NCBI RefSeq assembly: GCF_001194135.2
Contig: NC_068989.1
Coordinates: 3,974,840-4,038,839, forward strand
DNA from: Octopus bimaculoides
Taxonomy: Eukaryota
Reading direction: 5' to 3'
Length of the DNA stretch: 64,000 nucleotides
Shown here: one piece after another, positions 52,024 through 64,000 of the stretch
How the letters are laid out: each line of letters starts with the position of its first letter
Numbering within the stretch: position 1 is the first letter of the stretch
Translations under genes and position numbers: made by a program
Notes under the pieces: generated by a model
What the model was told of the DNA's origin: nothing
Database searches by the model: none
What the model saw: only the letters and a program-made list of their open reading frames with translations

Positions 52024-53669
52024 TACATGTAAGTTTAATCTATGTCCGGTCATATATATATGTATATATATATATGTGTGTGCGCGTGCGTGTATGTGTT
52101 TATGGGGAGGTGTAGTATGAGCATATATCTAGTGAGTGTGTATATTTATTTATATGCATATATACATATAATCAGATATACATACGAATACAGATATAAA
52201 TAAGCACATATATAGTATACATGATATATATATACATATATATATATACATATGTATATACATATATATATATATATATACATATATATGTAGGTGCGTA
52301 AGCGTACATGCATACAGACAGACAAATAGGCAAACAGATAGATAGATATATAGATACATAGATAGGTTCAAAGATAGGCAGCCAGACAGACAGAGAAGCA
52401 AATAGATATATGTAGATATATATATGTAGAGAGAGAGAGACCGATACATATAAAGAAAGACTGATAGACATAGATGTAAGGAGATAGTTATACTTATCGT
52501 GATGTTGAACAGATCCTCACCCTCAGAGTTAATAAGATATAGATCTATCAGTGAATGGACTGTGCGTGATGATTTCAACACGTAATGCTCATGTCACATG
52601 AAAACCTATAATCATTTTGAAGTTCCGGAACCAATTTCAAGCTGCATTAAAATAATTGATGGTCTGGTTTCAGTAGAATATTGAAGGCATGCAGATTATC
52701 GTGGCACTATTGTCAAGACAAAAAAGGATGCACAACGATTCTATCATGTCAGCAGCAATACACATCAGTACCTTCATTGACACTAAAGCGCGTTCGCTTT
52801 TCATTTTCTCTTCCTTTTTTTCCTTTTTCTGTGTTCGTACACCAGCATACAAAAATACACGCTGATATAATCTGATGCATACATTAGATTAAATATATAT
52901 ATATATATATATACATATGTATACAATATGTATATATGTATAGAATTATGTGCTTTGATTATAGTATTATAGCTCTTATTGCAAACTGTTGTCTACATTG
53001 CAGTTTCTTTTTCAGAGCTTTCTTGCAAGCGGTAAGCTCCCAGACAAAACATCGAAGACACCCTTTTGGGTCCGAGCGCATACTCACTGCAAACATGACA
53101 GACGTACTAACGTCGGACGGAAGCAATGCTTCGAACTTATCCACGTTAGCAGATATGTTCTTAGCAGTCAGAACTATATGTTGTTTACGTCATAGGAGTT
53201 TAGAAACGTGGAATTAAATCGTTTTAAAACGTGGAACGAGAATCAGGTAAAGCTACAAATAAAAGTGCGTAAATATTGAGGCAAAAAACCTTTTGAATAG
53301 AAAATGTCAAGGTTACATGACTAACTAGCGTTTATCAGTGAAAAATACTGTCATATCGTCGCCCATCTATATATTTCGTTTCTACTATAGAGAGATATAT
53401 CAAAATTAATTACAAATTACAAAAAAAATTGCCAGAACGGGGAAATTAAATTTCACTTTCATATTCGAATGTTTGTTACAGTAAAATCCTAGTTCTACTC
53501 GCAAAAAAGGAGAAATTAAATATTTAGCAATTTTCTTTTCAAGATAGTAAACAGAAATATATAACAGGTTGTGCTTAAACATTCAATTATACCTGAAACT
53601 GAGGTACAGGTTTGTAGTGACGTGCACGTACATACGCATGCACACACACATACACACACACACACACAC

Positions 53670-53706
<37 letters not shown>

Positions 53707-53767
53707 TGCAACACATGCGTGCAAAGCCCATGCTGTCACACGCACGCTCGCAAATCTAACTATATAG

Positions 53768-53808
<41 letters not shown>

Positions 53809-54079
53809 NNNNNNNNNNTGTGTATGTGTGTGTGTGTGTGTGTGTGTATGTATATATATATATATATACACATATATCCATATATATGTATATATATATA
53901 TATATATACATGTATGAACATATATATATATATATATATGCATATGTATATGTATATAAATATATATATTTATATATAACTGTATGTGTATGTGTGCATA
54001 TGTGTATGTGCGGGTAATTGTGTGTGTGCACGCGTGTGTGTTTGCCGAAATATGAAGCCCAGGTTACTAGAGATACCTA

Positions 54080-56230
54080 ATATACGATGTAACCAACACT
54101 TTTCTATTTCTCTCCTCATCACCAACTCCATCTTTTCTACCATCTTATCTCCATGTCTATTCACTGATATTTCTCAATGACACACATTGTGGTCTTCCTA
54201 TACTACACTTGGCAGAAGATTTGTACACGCAGAACAATATTCGGTTCAGTTTTTGCTGTCATTGTTTTATCTCAGATTACAAGTCTTCATTTTCCTTCAT
54301 TCTGTATCCTTAAAACATTGACAGAAGCATCTTTGGTTTCGTATCTTTCCCAACATTATATCACCTGATAATTTCCTAAGTTCAATATTCTGTACATGCA
54401 ATGTGGAGTATCTTTCTACATAATTTCATATCAAATTCCATTATTTTTTCTCATTTTCAATACGTACCGTCCATGATTAAAACCCACAATTTTCAGCTGT
54501 TTGCACTTTTCAGCTGTTTGCACTTTTCAGCAATTTTTATAACAAAAATAATTTAACATTTTCAAACTTGGGTCTAACCTTGCTGAATTCACAGCAGCTG
54601 CCACAATGCAAGATTTTCTCGCTTGCAAAGATTTACACCTTCTGTTACTGTTCTTCCCAAATAGCTTAATTTATGAAATTGTTTGCCTGTCCGCTTCGCT
54701 ATTTTTGATTAATTGTATATTTTCTCTATATTCTTACCAGTTATCACCATTTTGCTTTACATGCAACATATATTTCCATCCAGTATCTTCTGGAAATGGT
54801 TGTTCATTCGGTTCACAACTGCTTTAATTGATAAGATATATATCGTATATTGTTAAAAAGAATTCAAACCATGTTCATTGCGTCCTTTTGTCGAGAATAT
54901 ATTGAACTATATATTGTCGAAAGTATTCTTTTTTTTTTTTATATAGTTTCAAGGAGAATTAACTATTATTTTTAGATGATTGAGTACCCCGTTGAAGCAC
55001 ACGTGTTGTCCATCCTAGGAGTTGTACTAATTCATGTTCTCATATTTCTTAGCTGTTTTCCAATATGTCCTATTGAACGAACTTCGTGGCTAAATCAGAG
55101 TTGTGTGACCATTTTACTTCCTCGTTTCTTACTTCATTAAGAACATTCAGGGGTTTTACCGTCCTTATGAAATAGAGAGGGGCTAAAGAAGCCCAGTAAA
55201 AAAAAAAAAAACATACATTTCTCTTAATATCAAATATTGTTTTAAACGTATCACATATTTCATTTCCAAGCGAAACGAAACATTTGTTCATTTTATGACT
55301 TTATAACATTTACTCTGCAACATTTCATTATGAGGCTGACGTTTTCTTATATTAACCAATAGTCGTCTCTCATAACACGCATAGCCAAGGAAATGCTGGA
55401 AGTGAACGAAGTTGTACTAAAATACTAAACTAGTCTTTAGCCAACAGTATTTCTTCCTTCTTGAAACCCAATCTGTCTTTCACTAAATATTTTTTTGTAA
55501 CGTACAATTAAATCATAAAGCGGAGAGATTGCTTGGAGTGCTAATTAAACTAAGTATGCTGTTGTTTCGCATTTTGTTTTGGTCTTTCTCGTCTGTGGCA
55601 GTTGTATAAGTATTGATTATGTTCATTTTCAGCGCCATTCTTCATTACGAATATAATTATAATGTACTTCACAAAGAAACTTAGTTTCACATTCATCTCT
55701 CTGTTTTAAGAGTTCTACATTAATGTTATCTATTCCAGGTTATTTTTTATGCTTTAGTTTTTCTAAGTGCCTGTGCTACTTCTTCTAAAACTATTTTTCT
55801 TTTTCATTTCTCTAAAACATACCCGTATATTTCATCTATTAGTTACTTCATTTCCTATAGTTTGAGGGTTACCATATTTATCATCAACAAATTGATATTT
55901 ATCTAACCGTTCGCTGGTTAAAATATTTATAGGTTTACTTGATTTATTTCCATATGAATTTTTCTTTCTTTTTCTTCACATTTTATACATCTTTTGCTAA
56001 ACTGAATTTCCTTATTTACATTTCTATAGTCAATCTCTATTACATTTCCGCTTTTTCGTTTTAATCCTGTTTGTATTTCAAGTTTACTATTGCATGAAAG
56101 GTTATTCAAAAACCTTGATTTTAAAAATAATTCTGTAGCTGTTATTATTTCGCGAAACACTCGTGTTCCATGTTGAAAGCGTGTATCTATCATATTATTG
56201 AAGAATACAACTAATAACAAAGTTTTGAAT
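54080..56230 (-). mobile_element. Decayed RTE-clade LINE (APE end, RT, C-terminal region)
   Basis: Minus-strand motifs in the correct order: FNNMIDTRFQH (~56190, APE-like), SERQIGFQEGRNT (~55460, compare EQAGFRxGRST), YLGRTVT (~54650), EKIMEFDMKLCRKILHIACTE (~54420, compare AFEMWCYRRILRISWT), IGRPQCV (~54195). Confidence 0.7.
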
Positions 56231-56653
56231 ATTTTTCTTCTGTTCTCCGGTTTAAATTTCTCTGTTGACTAAAGAAAATGCTCTAATATCGAGCATATGA
56301 GCACTCAACAGAAGAAACTGATTTTTTCCGTACGCATGGGACTCGAACACAGACGCGCCTGCGCGCATATATAAAACTAAAGGCAAGATCCAAAGACCAA
56401 AGTATAGGAAGATAGTATGTTTCGAGCAGCCCATACAAGGTACAAAAAAGAACTTTCAGGAAGTCTAGTGGTTATTTTTTTCTTCTCCTTTCGCTAATTT
56501 TAGATATATACATGTGTGGGTGTGTGTATGTGTATTATTTTAGTGTCTCTGTTTGTCACCCACCACTATACTCACACCCGAAAGAGAAGCCTTTGGGTGG
56601 TATAGCCTTGTAGTTACCATATGATGAGCTGTTCAGTATTCTATGATCTACAT

Positions 56654-56927
56654 CAGTGGTTCCTAAAGTGAGTGGCATTGTTCCACTGGGGGGGGGGCGG
56701 TGGAAAGCTCCAAGGGGGCGTTGAAGAAAAGAGGGGTGATAAGAGGGTAGCGATTTATGTAAAAACAAAAATTGGTTTATTAGGTTAAGATTTATTTGTG
56801 AAATACAGTTGTTTTGAATTTGCTTCAGAAAGCCGTCTATGTTTGTGATGGTTAGTTGGGGTGGGGCGCTGGGAATGTAGCCCGGGTGTCAAGCGGGTGG
56901 CAGCCCGAAAAAGTTTGGGAACCACTG
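56654..56927. mobile_element. hAT (Charlie-type) MITE, 274 bp, with perfect 8-bp TSD
   Basis: TIRs cagtggttcctaaagt / agtttgggaaccactg; identical atctacat at 56646-56653 and 56928-56935. Confidence 0.93.
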
Positions 56928-56989
56928 ATCTACATCAACGGCAAATACTTACAAAATCTTTTTAGTTTCTATTTTATTAAAATGTAAAG

Positions 56990-57417
56990 GTTTTCCAGCT
57001 GTGTTTTAAGAAGCTTGCTTCCCAACCACATGGTTCCCGGTTCATTCCCACTACGTGGCACTTCGGTCAAGTGTCTTCTACTATAGCCTTGGGCCTACCA
57101 AAGTCTTATTAGTGGATTTCGTAGACGGAAACTGAAAACAAACCTGTCGTGTATATATATATATATATGTGTGTATATATATGTATGTATGTGTTTGTTG
57201 TTTGTATCTGTATTTCTCCCCCTCCCCCACCATCGCTTAACAATCGATGTTGATGTGTTTATGTCCCCCGTCACTTAGCGGTTCGGCAAAAAGATAACGA
57301 TAGAATAAGTACTAGGCTTACAAAGAATAAGTTCTGGGGTCGATTTATTCGACTAAAGGTGGTGTTCCAGCATGGCCGCAGTCACATAACTGAAACAAGC
57401 AAAAGAGTAAAAGAATA
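56990..57417 (+). mobile_element. SINE family B, near full length, internal (TA)/(TG) tract
   Basis: agcttgcttcccaaccacatggttcccggttcattcccactacgtggcac...gacggaaactgaa...cttagcggttcggcaaaa...gaataagtactaggcttacaaagaataagttctggggtcgatttattcgactaaagg...ccagcatggccgcagtc...aaaagagtaaaagaat. Confidence 0.9.
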
Positions 57418-57766
57418 TTCTAGCCACCTCATGCCAAAACAACTTTCGAGTCGGTCTTTCTCTTAACTTTCTTCATGGTTTTCGTCTGAGAATTTCATCA
57501 TCCCATGCTCACTTCTCCTCGCCGCCTACTTACCATTCCATGCTTTACCCACCAGCCTTCTCTACCACCTGTTAGTCTGCAATGAAAATGTTCACAGTTC
57601 TTTGTGATTATATTAGAAGTACACTGTTTATAAGTGATGTCTTCCATGATTCTTTGCTTCCATTTCTTGTGTAAATGTTTACATTTCAACGAAATCTTTC
57701 ATCATTAAAGAATAAAATGTTTGCTTGCTGTAAATATGATATAAATATTATTCTTTCTCCTTCCTT

Positions 57767-57882
57767 TTCTTCTTCTTCTTCTTCTTCTTCTTCTTCTTCT
57801 TCTTCTTCTTCTTCTTCTTCTTCTTCTTCTTCTTCTTCTTCTTCTTCTTCTTCTTCTTCTTCTTCTTCTTCTTCTTCTTCTT
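57767..57882. repeat. (TTC)n microsatellite running into a gap
   Basis: Direct reading. Confidence 0.95.
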
Positions 57883-58252
57883 NNNNNNNNNNNNNNNNNN
57901 NNNNNNNNNNNNNNNNNNNNNNNNNNNNNNNNNNNNNNNNNNNNNNNNNNNNNNNNNNNNNNNNNNNNNNNNNNNNNNNNNNNNNNNNNNNNNNNNNNNN
58001 NNNNNNNNNNNNNNNNNNNNNNNNNNNNNNNNNNNNNNNNNNNNNNNNNNNNNNNNNNNNNNNNNNNNNNNNNNNNNNNNNNNNNNNNNNNNNNNNNNNN
58101 NNNNNNNNNNNNNNNNNNNNNNNNNNNNNNNNNNNNNNNNNNNNNNNNNNNNNNNNNNNNNNNNNNNNNNNNNNNNNNNNNNNNNNNNNNNNNNNNNNNN
58201 NNNNNNNNNNNNNNNNNNNNNNNNNNNNNNNNNNNNNNNNNNNNNNNNNNNN

Positions 58253-58295
<43 letters not shown>

Positions 58296-58296
58296 A

Positions 58297-58366
<70 letters not shown>

Positions 58367-58640
58367 TGTTTGTATGTACGTATGTACGTGTGTGTGTGTG
58401 TATATATACTTACACTAACTCAGGCACACATAGATGTACATGTACGCACACTTATATACATACGCACGATTTTTGTTCTTTAAGAAGAAAAACAAATTAT
58501 CTTTAATTACACTTTAATCAAGCTGTCTCTCATTGATAAACCACTCCTAGCATTTTTCTAACTTTGTAACGTCTCCTCTGACATACTTTTACGAGTGTTG
58601 TTGTTATTCTCATAATGAATTTTCTTCGTTTTCTTTTAAG

Positions 58641-58785
58641 GTTATCGTCTGAAGTCGGTCGTCTGCCAGCGTGAATTTCCACTTTTGATGCGAGGGAAAT
58701 AAAGCCACAACGGATAGAGTCAGCATGGTCCATACCGGAAGAAGCAGCTAGGAACGAGAGTCCGATCAGTCATTGCAAAAGACTC
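58641..58785 (+). other. Candidate 145-nt non-coding or UTR exon
   Basis: Acceptor tttcttcgttttcttttaag|G and donor ctc|GTGAGT; about 49% GC (71/145) in an AT-rich background; stops in all three frames. Confidence 0.35.
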
Positions 58786-59144
58786 GTGAGTATGTATGTA
58801 CTCTGTGGTGGGATCACGTTCAAGTTTCTTTGGCCATATGTTGCATCCGGTTAAAATTCATTGTTGATCATCCGGATATTCGGAAAAAATCTCATAATGA
58901 ACAAAGCCATTGAAATCATAACTGATGGTAAATTATCACTTCCTCTTTTTAGCAACGGTGACGTCATTATGCTTCGAAATATACTGTTAAATGACATGTT
59001 TAAAACTAATAATTACATAGTTTTAATCAAAAGTACATAAATATGTTAAATTATACGACATATTGAACGTACTTATATCATAGGAAAGCTGGAAGCAGTT
59101 TTCTTCTGGGAAAAGGACTCTTTATAGACACATCATGTTAAAAA

Positions 59145-59580
59145 TACAATACGCTTCAGCGCTAGACAAAACAAAATCACCCCACATCACCCATCTCTAC
59201 ACACACACAAAGCGACCCGAGGGNNNNNNNNNNNNNNNNNNNNNNNNNNNNNNNNNNNNNNNNNNNNNNNNNNNNNNNNNNNNNNNNNNNNNNNNNNNNN
59301 NNNNNNNNNNCCGTTTTTGTGGTTTTTCAAAATCATGCGCTGGCATCGCTTCCGACACGAAATCGTCCCGGCCAGTCTGTTGTATATAGGGGCAGTGATT
59401 AAACAATTCACTCGGTTAATTTTTGAGAGCGGCCGGGTTCATTTTTAGTATTCTCGTCTGTGATAGCAGTCGAGTTTATCTCAGATATTCTCATTTTAAA
59501 ACTCGTCTCCGGATAATCATTGAGAAGTCGTTGGTGTTGCCTTGACAGAGGTTTGCGCTCTCTAAGTGCTCTTGTTTATA
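59145..59580 (-). mobile_element. Probable Helentron-associated non-autonomous element (HINE-like), interrupted by a gap
   Basis: The minus strand begins aacaagagcacttagagagcgcaaacctctgtcaaggcaacacc, a terminus type I recall from HINE-like repeats, and ends near gtctagcgctgaagcgtattg (short hairpin). No second copy in the window. Confidence 0.4.
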
Positions 59581-60716
59581 ATTACTGTATTTGGCTACAT
59601 ATTAATGCTAAATATTAATGATATTTGTGTGTGTGCGCGCGCGCGCGTGTATGCGTGTGTTCACATTTAATTTATACATATTCACATACATATGTATTCT
59701 CCTATATGCACGCACTGGGCTCTATATCTGAAAATATATACATGTTTAAACACATACACACACACATATATTTATATACATGTGTATGCACATATACACG
59801 GACATATGCGTATACGAATACCTGTATACACCGCCATACACGTTCTGCATATCAAAAAACACCTCCACCCATTCCCCATCTCTCTATTCACACGAACATC
59901 CGTATACACTGCTTATAAGGTGTTCACTTCGTACTTTGTTTAGTAATAACTTTTATAATCTTTAGAACTCCGTATTTTATATTTATTATGCATTTTTCAA
60001 ATAATATTTTACCATAATTTTGCTTTTATCATCTTACTATTATTATTGTGTATATGTCATGACTCTTTTGTTAATATATATCTTATATTTGTGTGAGCGT
60101 GTTTTTGCGTATATCGACGCAATAACATCAGTGTGTAACCGTAAAGATTTCCATTCGCAATTTACATATTTTGTTACTTTGAATTACGCCCCACTATGCT
60201 AAAAATGCAAACTCTATAATCTCAGTTATAATATGAATGCAAATCTATAAAATACGTACGGATCTCACACGGTGAAAGACCTGTTCAACAAAGACCGTTG
60301 ATGGGCGGTATTTGATGTATGGTTGTAACATTAAAAGTGAAGTTAGTCAAAGTGTAATGTTAAATATTTATTCTAATATATTTGCTACCGCATTCATATC
60401 AGAGATTCCTCTCCCCCTCACCCTCCCCATTTTTTAAATATTAGGTGTTAAACTCCCACTGTTTTATAACACATCTTTTTAAGGTGCAAACATTCTTCGC
60501 CTTTTGACAAAAAAATGAATAATGATGATGATGATGATGATGATGACGGCGACGACGACGATGAAGATTATGAAGATGATGACGATGATGATGATGATGA
60601 TGATGAAGATCATGATGAGGATGATGATGACGACGACGACGACGACGATGTTGATATGATGAGGATGAAGACGACAGCGATGACGACGATAATGATAGGA
60701 TCCATACATGGATCGC

Positions 60717-60949
60717 TACGTGCGTTTCCACAGATCAAATGTCACTTAAGATTCCATTCCATGTTCCTGGGATGATTACACTGTAGTCTGTAGTATCCGT
60801 GGGCATTGAGTAGATCTTTGTGGATTCATTTCTTCAGGTGACATGGCATCCATAAGAATAATCTACCCGATGCTACATACTACACTGTAATCAACCCCGG
60901 AATACGGATTGTGATCTTAAGAGACATGAGGTTTATGGAAACGCGCGTA
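60717..60949. mobile_element. Fold-back MITE with about 85-bp imperfect TIRs
   Basis: tacgtgcgtttccacagatcaaatgtcacttaagatt...gattacactgtagtctgtagtatcc (60717-60803) versus the reverse complement of 60866-60949 (tacgcgcgtttccataaacctcatgtctcttaagatc...gattacagtgtagtatgtagcatcggg); roughly 75-80% identical by eye. Confidence 0.8.
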
Positions 60950-62087
60950 ATGACACATTAAACTATTTATAAATCCCCTCAAAGGATTATATATATGTGT
61001 GTGTGTTTGCGTTCGTGTGGTACAAGATTTTTAAGATAATTTTTGAGTTTGTTTACGTCTCCTTTATTCAAGAACAGCTTGATGTATTCTTGAAAATCAA
61101 AAGCGGTTGAGATCATGAAGCTTAAATTTACAATTGAGAGAAAGTTTGCTACTCTCCTTTCTACCTCATGTATATGAATGAGTCTATAATGAGATGGTGC
61201 GCTCACATGGCCTTTGGCTTCACCTTGAATTGCTTTGACTTGCATTAGGTCTCGAAATCAAATCAGACATTTCCCATACATCTCGCTGCACTTAATGACA
61301 CTCATTTCGTTCCATGTATCAAAGAAAGTTTCTTTCTGAAATTTTGAGGGACACATTGAGTACCCCTTAAATTTATCGAGAATTCAATGTCTCGTGTACT
61401 TTGTTGGGTAACATCATACATGACGCATATACTCTTTTGTGATGCATTGTCTCTCTGACTCCTTCTCTAACTGTATGCGTTCCATGCAAACAACAATGCC
61501 GCCTATGGCTAGTAATGTTTGCAAAACTGCTTTCATTTCTACGAACAACATTTACACTGATTTATTTTAGCAAATATATATGAATGTGTTTCTCTTTTTT
61601 TTTTAGGTTTTTGCTGTTGTCAGTATAGCTGATGGTATCGATCACGCTAGCGTTGTTGTCCACATAAAAACACATCATTTTTTCTTTGAAATGTCTTGCG
61701 GTAAAATATGTTCGTTTATTGTCTTTCCTGTTTGTTTCTTTATATATTTGTGTCCATTTACAAAATATACATATGACAGAGCATTGTCTCCATTTCTCGT
61801 GATCATTTTTTACTGAATAGAAACAAATTATTCTCTGGTCAAAATATATACTCTTCACCTAAAAATAAAAAAAAGGAGAAACAAAACAAAACAAAGCAAA
61901 AACGGAAAAGTAAAGCTAACAATTTTCTGTGGTTTGTTTACAAGACACGATATAGAAATATACGACCATTTGTTTAAAACACTCAACAAATTAGAGTTCC
62001 AAACGTTAACGAAGTATAAAGACATTTCAGCAGAGAAGAGAAAGATATACAATTATTTATGGTAGCAACAACAACAACAACAACAAC

Positions 62088-62160
<73 letters not shown>

Positions 62161-62519
62161 TCCCTTATTGGCCAATAGGACCCAAGACATAATGGACAAT
62201 ATCAAAGGACGAAATGAAACACACAAATCAGATAGGGTTTCCATCAATCAAAGGGAAGCATTATAACATTAAAAGATATAACAAAGGATATATGAATAGA
62301 AGTTAGAAAAATAAGAAATATAAATAATTTTTTTCTAATAGCACGGCAATTCCTTCCGGGTAATTGAAGGTAATTACCCCGTAAAAGTTGCGGTTTTCTC
62401 TGCCATTTCTAAGGCATGGGAAGTTTCATTATCAAGTTTCTTTCCACCTGCTTAGAAAAAACATGCACAAATTAGATCCATTCTATTTTGCCAGTCGTGC
62501 CACTCGCGTCCAACTTTTG

Positions 62520-62760
62520 ATAAACACACAGCATATCAAAAGGAACACTAAAGGTGGCATGATAATGTAGGTAAGTATGTTCATTGGGGATTGTATGAGA
62601 AGTACGATCTTGAAAGGACATTGAAATGGTACAAGCATAAATTTGAAGGTGAGAATAATGAGTGCAAAAGCTTCATAAAATGAAGGAAAACCAAGATCAC
62701 AGATATTGCTATACCCAGGGATGAGAAAGAACCAGAAAAGATTGAGAATTAAAAACCGCC
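62520..62760 (+). mobile_element. R4/Dong-clade RLE-region remnant
   Basis: QKEH*RWHDNVGKYVHWGLYEKYDL...WYKHK and ITDIAIPRD (compare HDKV..YLHW and IIDVAIPSD at about 4500-4740). Confidence 0.7.
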
Positions 62761-62779
62761 AAAAAATGTTATTTCATGA

Positions 62780-63055
62780 TTGTGGGTAGCTTTGATCAAT
62801 GAAGAGGGTAACTTTCATCAATGTCGTTGATGTCACTTGTTAAAATTAACCAGTTGAGCATGTCCCTTAGTGGCTGACGATATGTGCATCTCTAATCACG
62901 AACAGAAGTTGTGGGTGGGGGCGCACTTAGCAGACAAGTAGTCATGATGGGTATACTGTGTTTCGTATACGTTACCCCAGTGTCACTTTGATGACATGCA
63001 CTGCTCTCACTCAGTAATAATAATAATAATAATAATAATGATAATAATGATGATG

Positions 63056-63132
<77 letters not shown>
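62780..63132 (+). mobile_element. Family D retroposon 3' end, copy 2, with (TAA)n tail (63015-63132)
   Basis: Shares gtagtcatgatgggtatactg...accccagtgtcactttgatg.catgca...ctctcactca with 2097-2172; internal deletion relative to copy 1. Confidence 0.75.
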
Positions 63133-63225
63133 TGGGTACTGCACACAGCACTACTGGGTACTGCACACAGCACTACTGGGTACTGCACACAGCACTACTG
63201 GGTACTGCACACAGCACTACTGGGT
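63133..63225 (+). repeat. 22-bp minisatellite (tgggtactgcacacagcactac) x4.2, truncated by a gap
   Basis: Four identical units starting at 63133, 63155, 63177 and 63199, plus tgggt. Confidence 0.95.
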
Positions 63226-64000
63226 NNNNNNNNNNNNNNNNNNNNNNNNNNNNNNNNNNNNNNNNNNNNNNNNNNNNNNNNNNNNNNNNNNNNNNNNNNN
63301 NNNNNNNNNNNNNNNNNNNNNNNNNNNNNNNNNNNNNNNNNNNNNNNNNNNNNNNNNNNNNNNNNNNNNNNNNNNNNNNNNNNNNNNNNNNNNNNNNNNN
63401 NNNNNNNNNNNNNNNNNNNNNNNNNNNNNNNNNNNNNNNNNNNNNNNNNNNNNNNNNNNNNNNNNNNNNNNNNNNNNNNNNNNNNNNNNNNNNNNNNNNN
63501 NNNNNNNNNNNNNNNNNNNNNNNNNNNNNNNNNNNAGAATTCTTTCGTTTTGTTGCTGTTGATGTTGTTCTTGTCGTTCCGACCACACTGCTTGTGATTG
63601 GATTTGAAGACGATTCGACTGATATTTCTTGCTTCTCAAACATCTGCATGCTGGGCCGCATCCTTCGTCGCTGCTGATGATGATGGTGATAACTGTCTTC
63701 AGTCTGTCGCCAATTAATAAACAGAATGCATTCACTACTTCGACATCCACCATTCGAGAGCAAGCTACAAATACGTTGAAAACAAAAACGCAACAAAAAC
63801 AATACCAACAACAGCAACAACAACCGCAACGACAGTCGCAAAGATGATACAAAACAAACAACAATAGCAACCAAAAAGAAAAACAAAATACAAGAAAAAT
63901 CATTTTTTAAAAAATAATTACAAGTAGAAATAAATACGATGAACGCTGGTGACAAGAGAATAGAGATTGTGTAGAAAGTGAATGAGAAAAAATGAGACGA

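Noticed and set aside
53016-53031. 16-nt micro-exon (tttctttttcag|...gcg|gtaagc)
   Set aside because: Such signal pairs arise by chance in 64 kb of AT-rich DNA; no neighbouring exons to connect to.
54490-54531. 17-bp tandem duplication ttttcagctgtttgcac x2.4
   Set aside because: An ordinary local slippage duplication inside the decayed RTE.
57533-57575. Minus-strand 43-nt exon candidate (ttcattgcag|...atg|gtaagt)
   Set aside because: Same chance argument; no recognisable peptide.
61200-61560. Possible RT remnant (VREGVRE, minus strand)
   Set aside because: A single weak motif with no supporting neighbours in order.
63133-63225. CRISPR-like interpretation of the 22-bp repeats
   Set aside because: The units are contiguous with no spacers, there are no cas genes, and the context is eukaryotic.

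Overview
Eukaryotic, AT-rich, repeat-dominated DNA from a draft assembly with about 19 N-gaps, nearly all flanked by microsatellites. No prokaryotic genes, CRISPR array, rRNA or intact protein-coding gene is supportable. Almost every long ORF in the supplied track is an artefact of N-runs or microsatellites. The SINE sequences resemble octopus (cephalopod) SINE families as I remember them; this organism call is an inference, not a database result. Content: (i) three tRNA-type SINE families (about 20 copies or fragments); (ii) decayed non-LTR retrotransposons of the R4/Dong (RT + CCHC + restriction-like endonuclease) and RTE clades, several tied to (TAA)n tracts; (iii) Tc1/mariner fragments, a hAT MITE with a perfect 8-bp TSD, two fold-back MITEs and two Helentron/DINE-1-like elements; (iv) dense microsatellites and long palindromes. 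The most interesting signal is a set of small hammerhead-ribozyme-like motifs with palindromic mini stem III (27083, 37482, 48286, 50991). One sits at the tip of a long G-U-rich rod inside a 341-nt, terminally repeated, highly structured unit (26881-27294) that looks like a retrozyme or Penelope-type pseudo-LTR. Also notable: a TIR element carrying a tRNA-like core (29014-29300) and a 22-bp minisatellite built from the conserved LINE C-terminal motif ALLGTAH (63133-63225).
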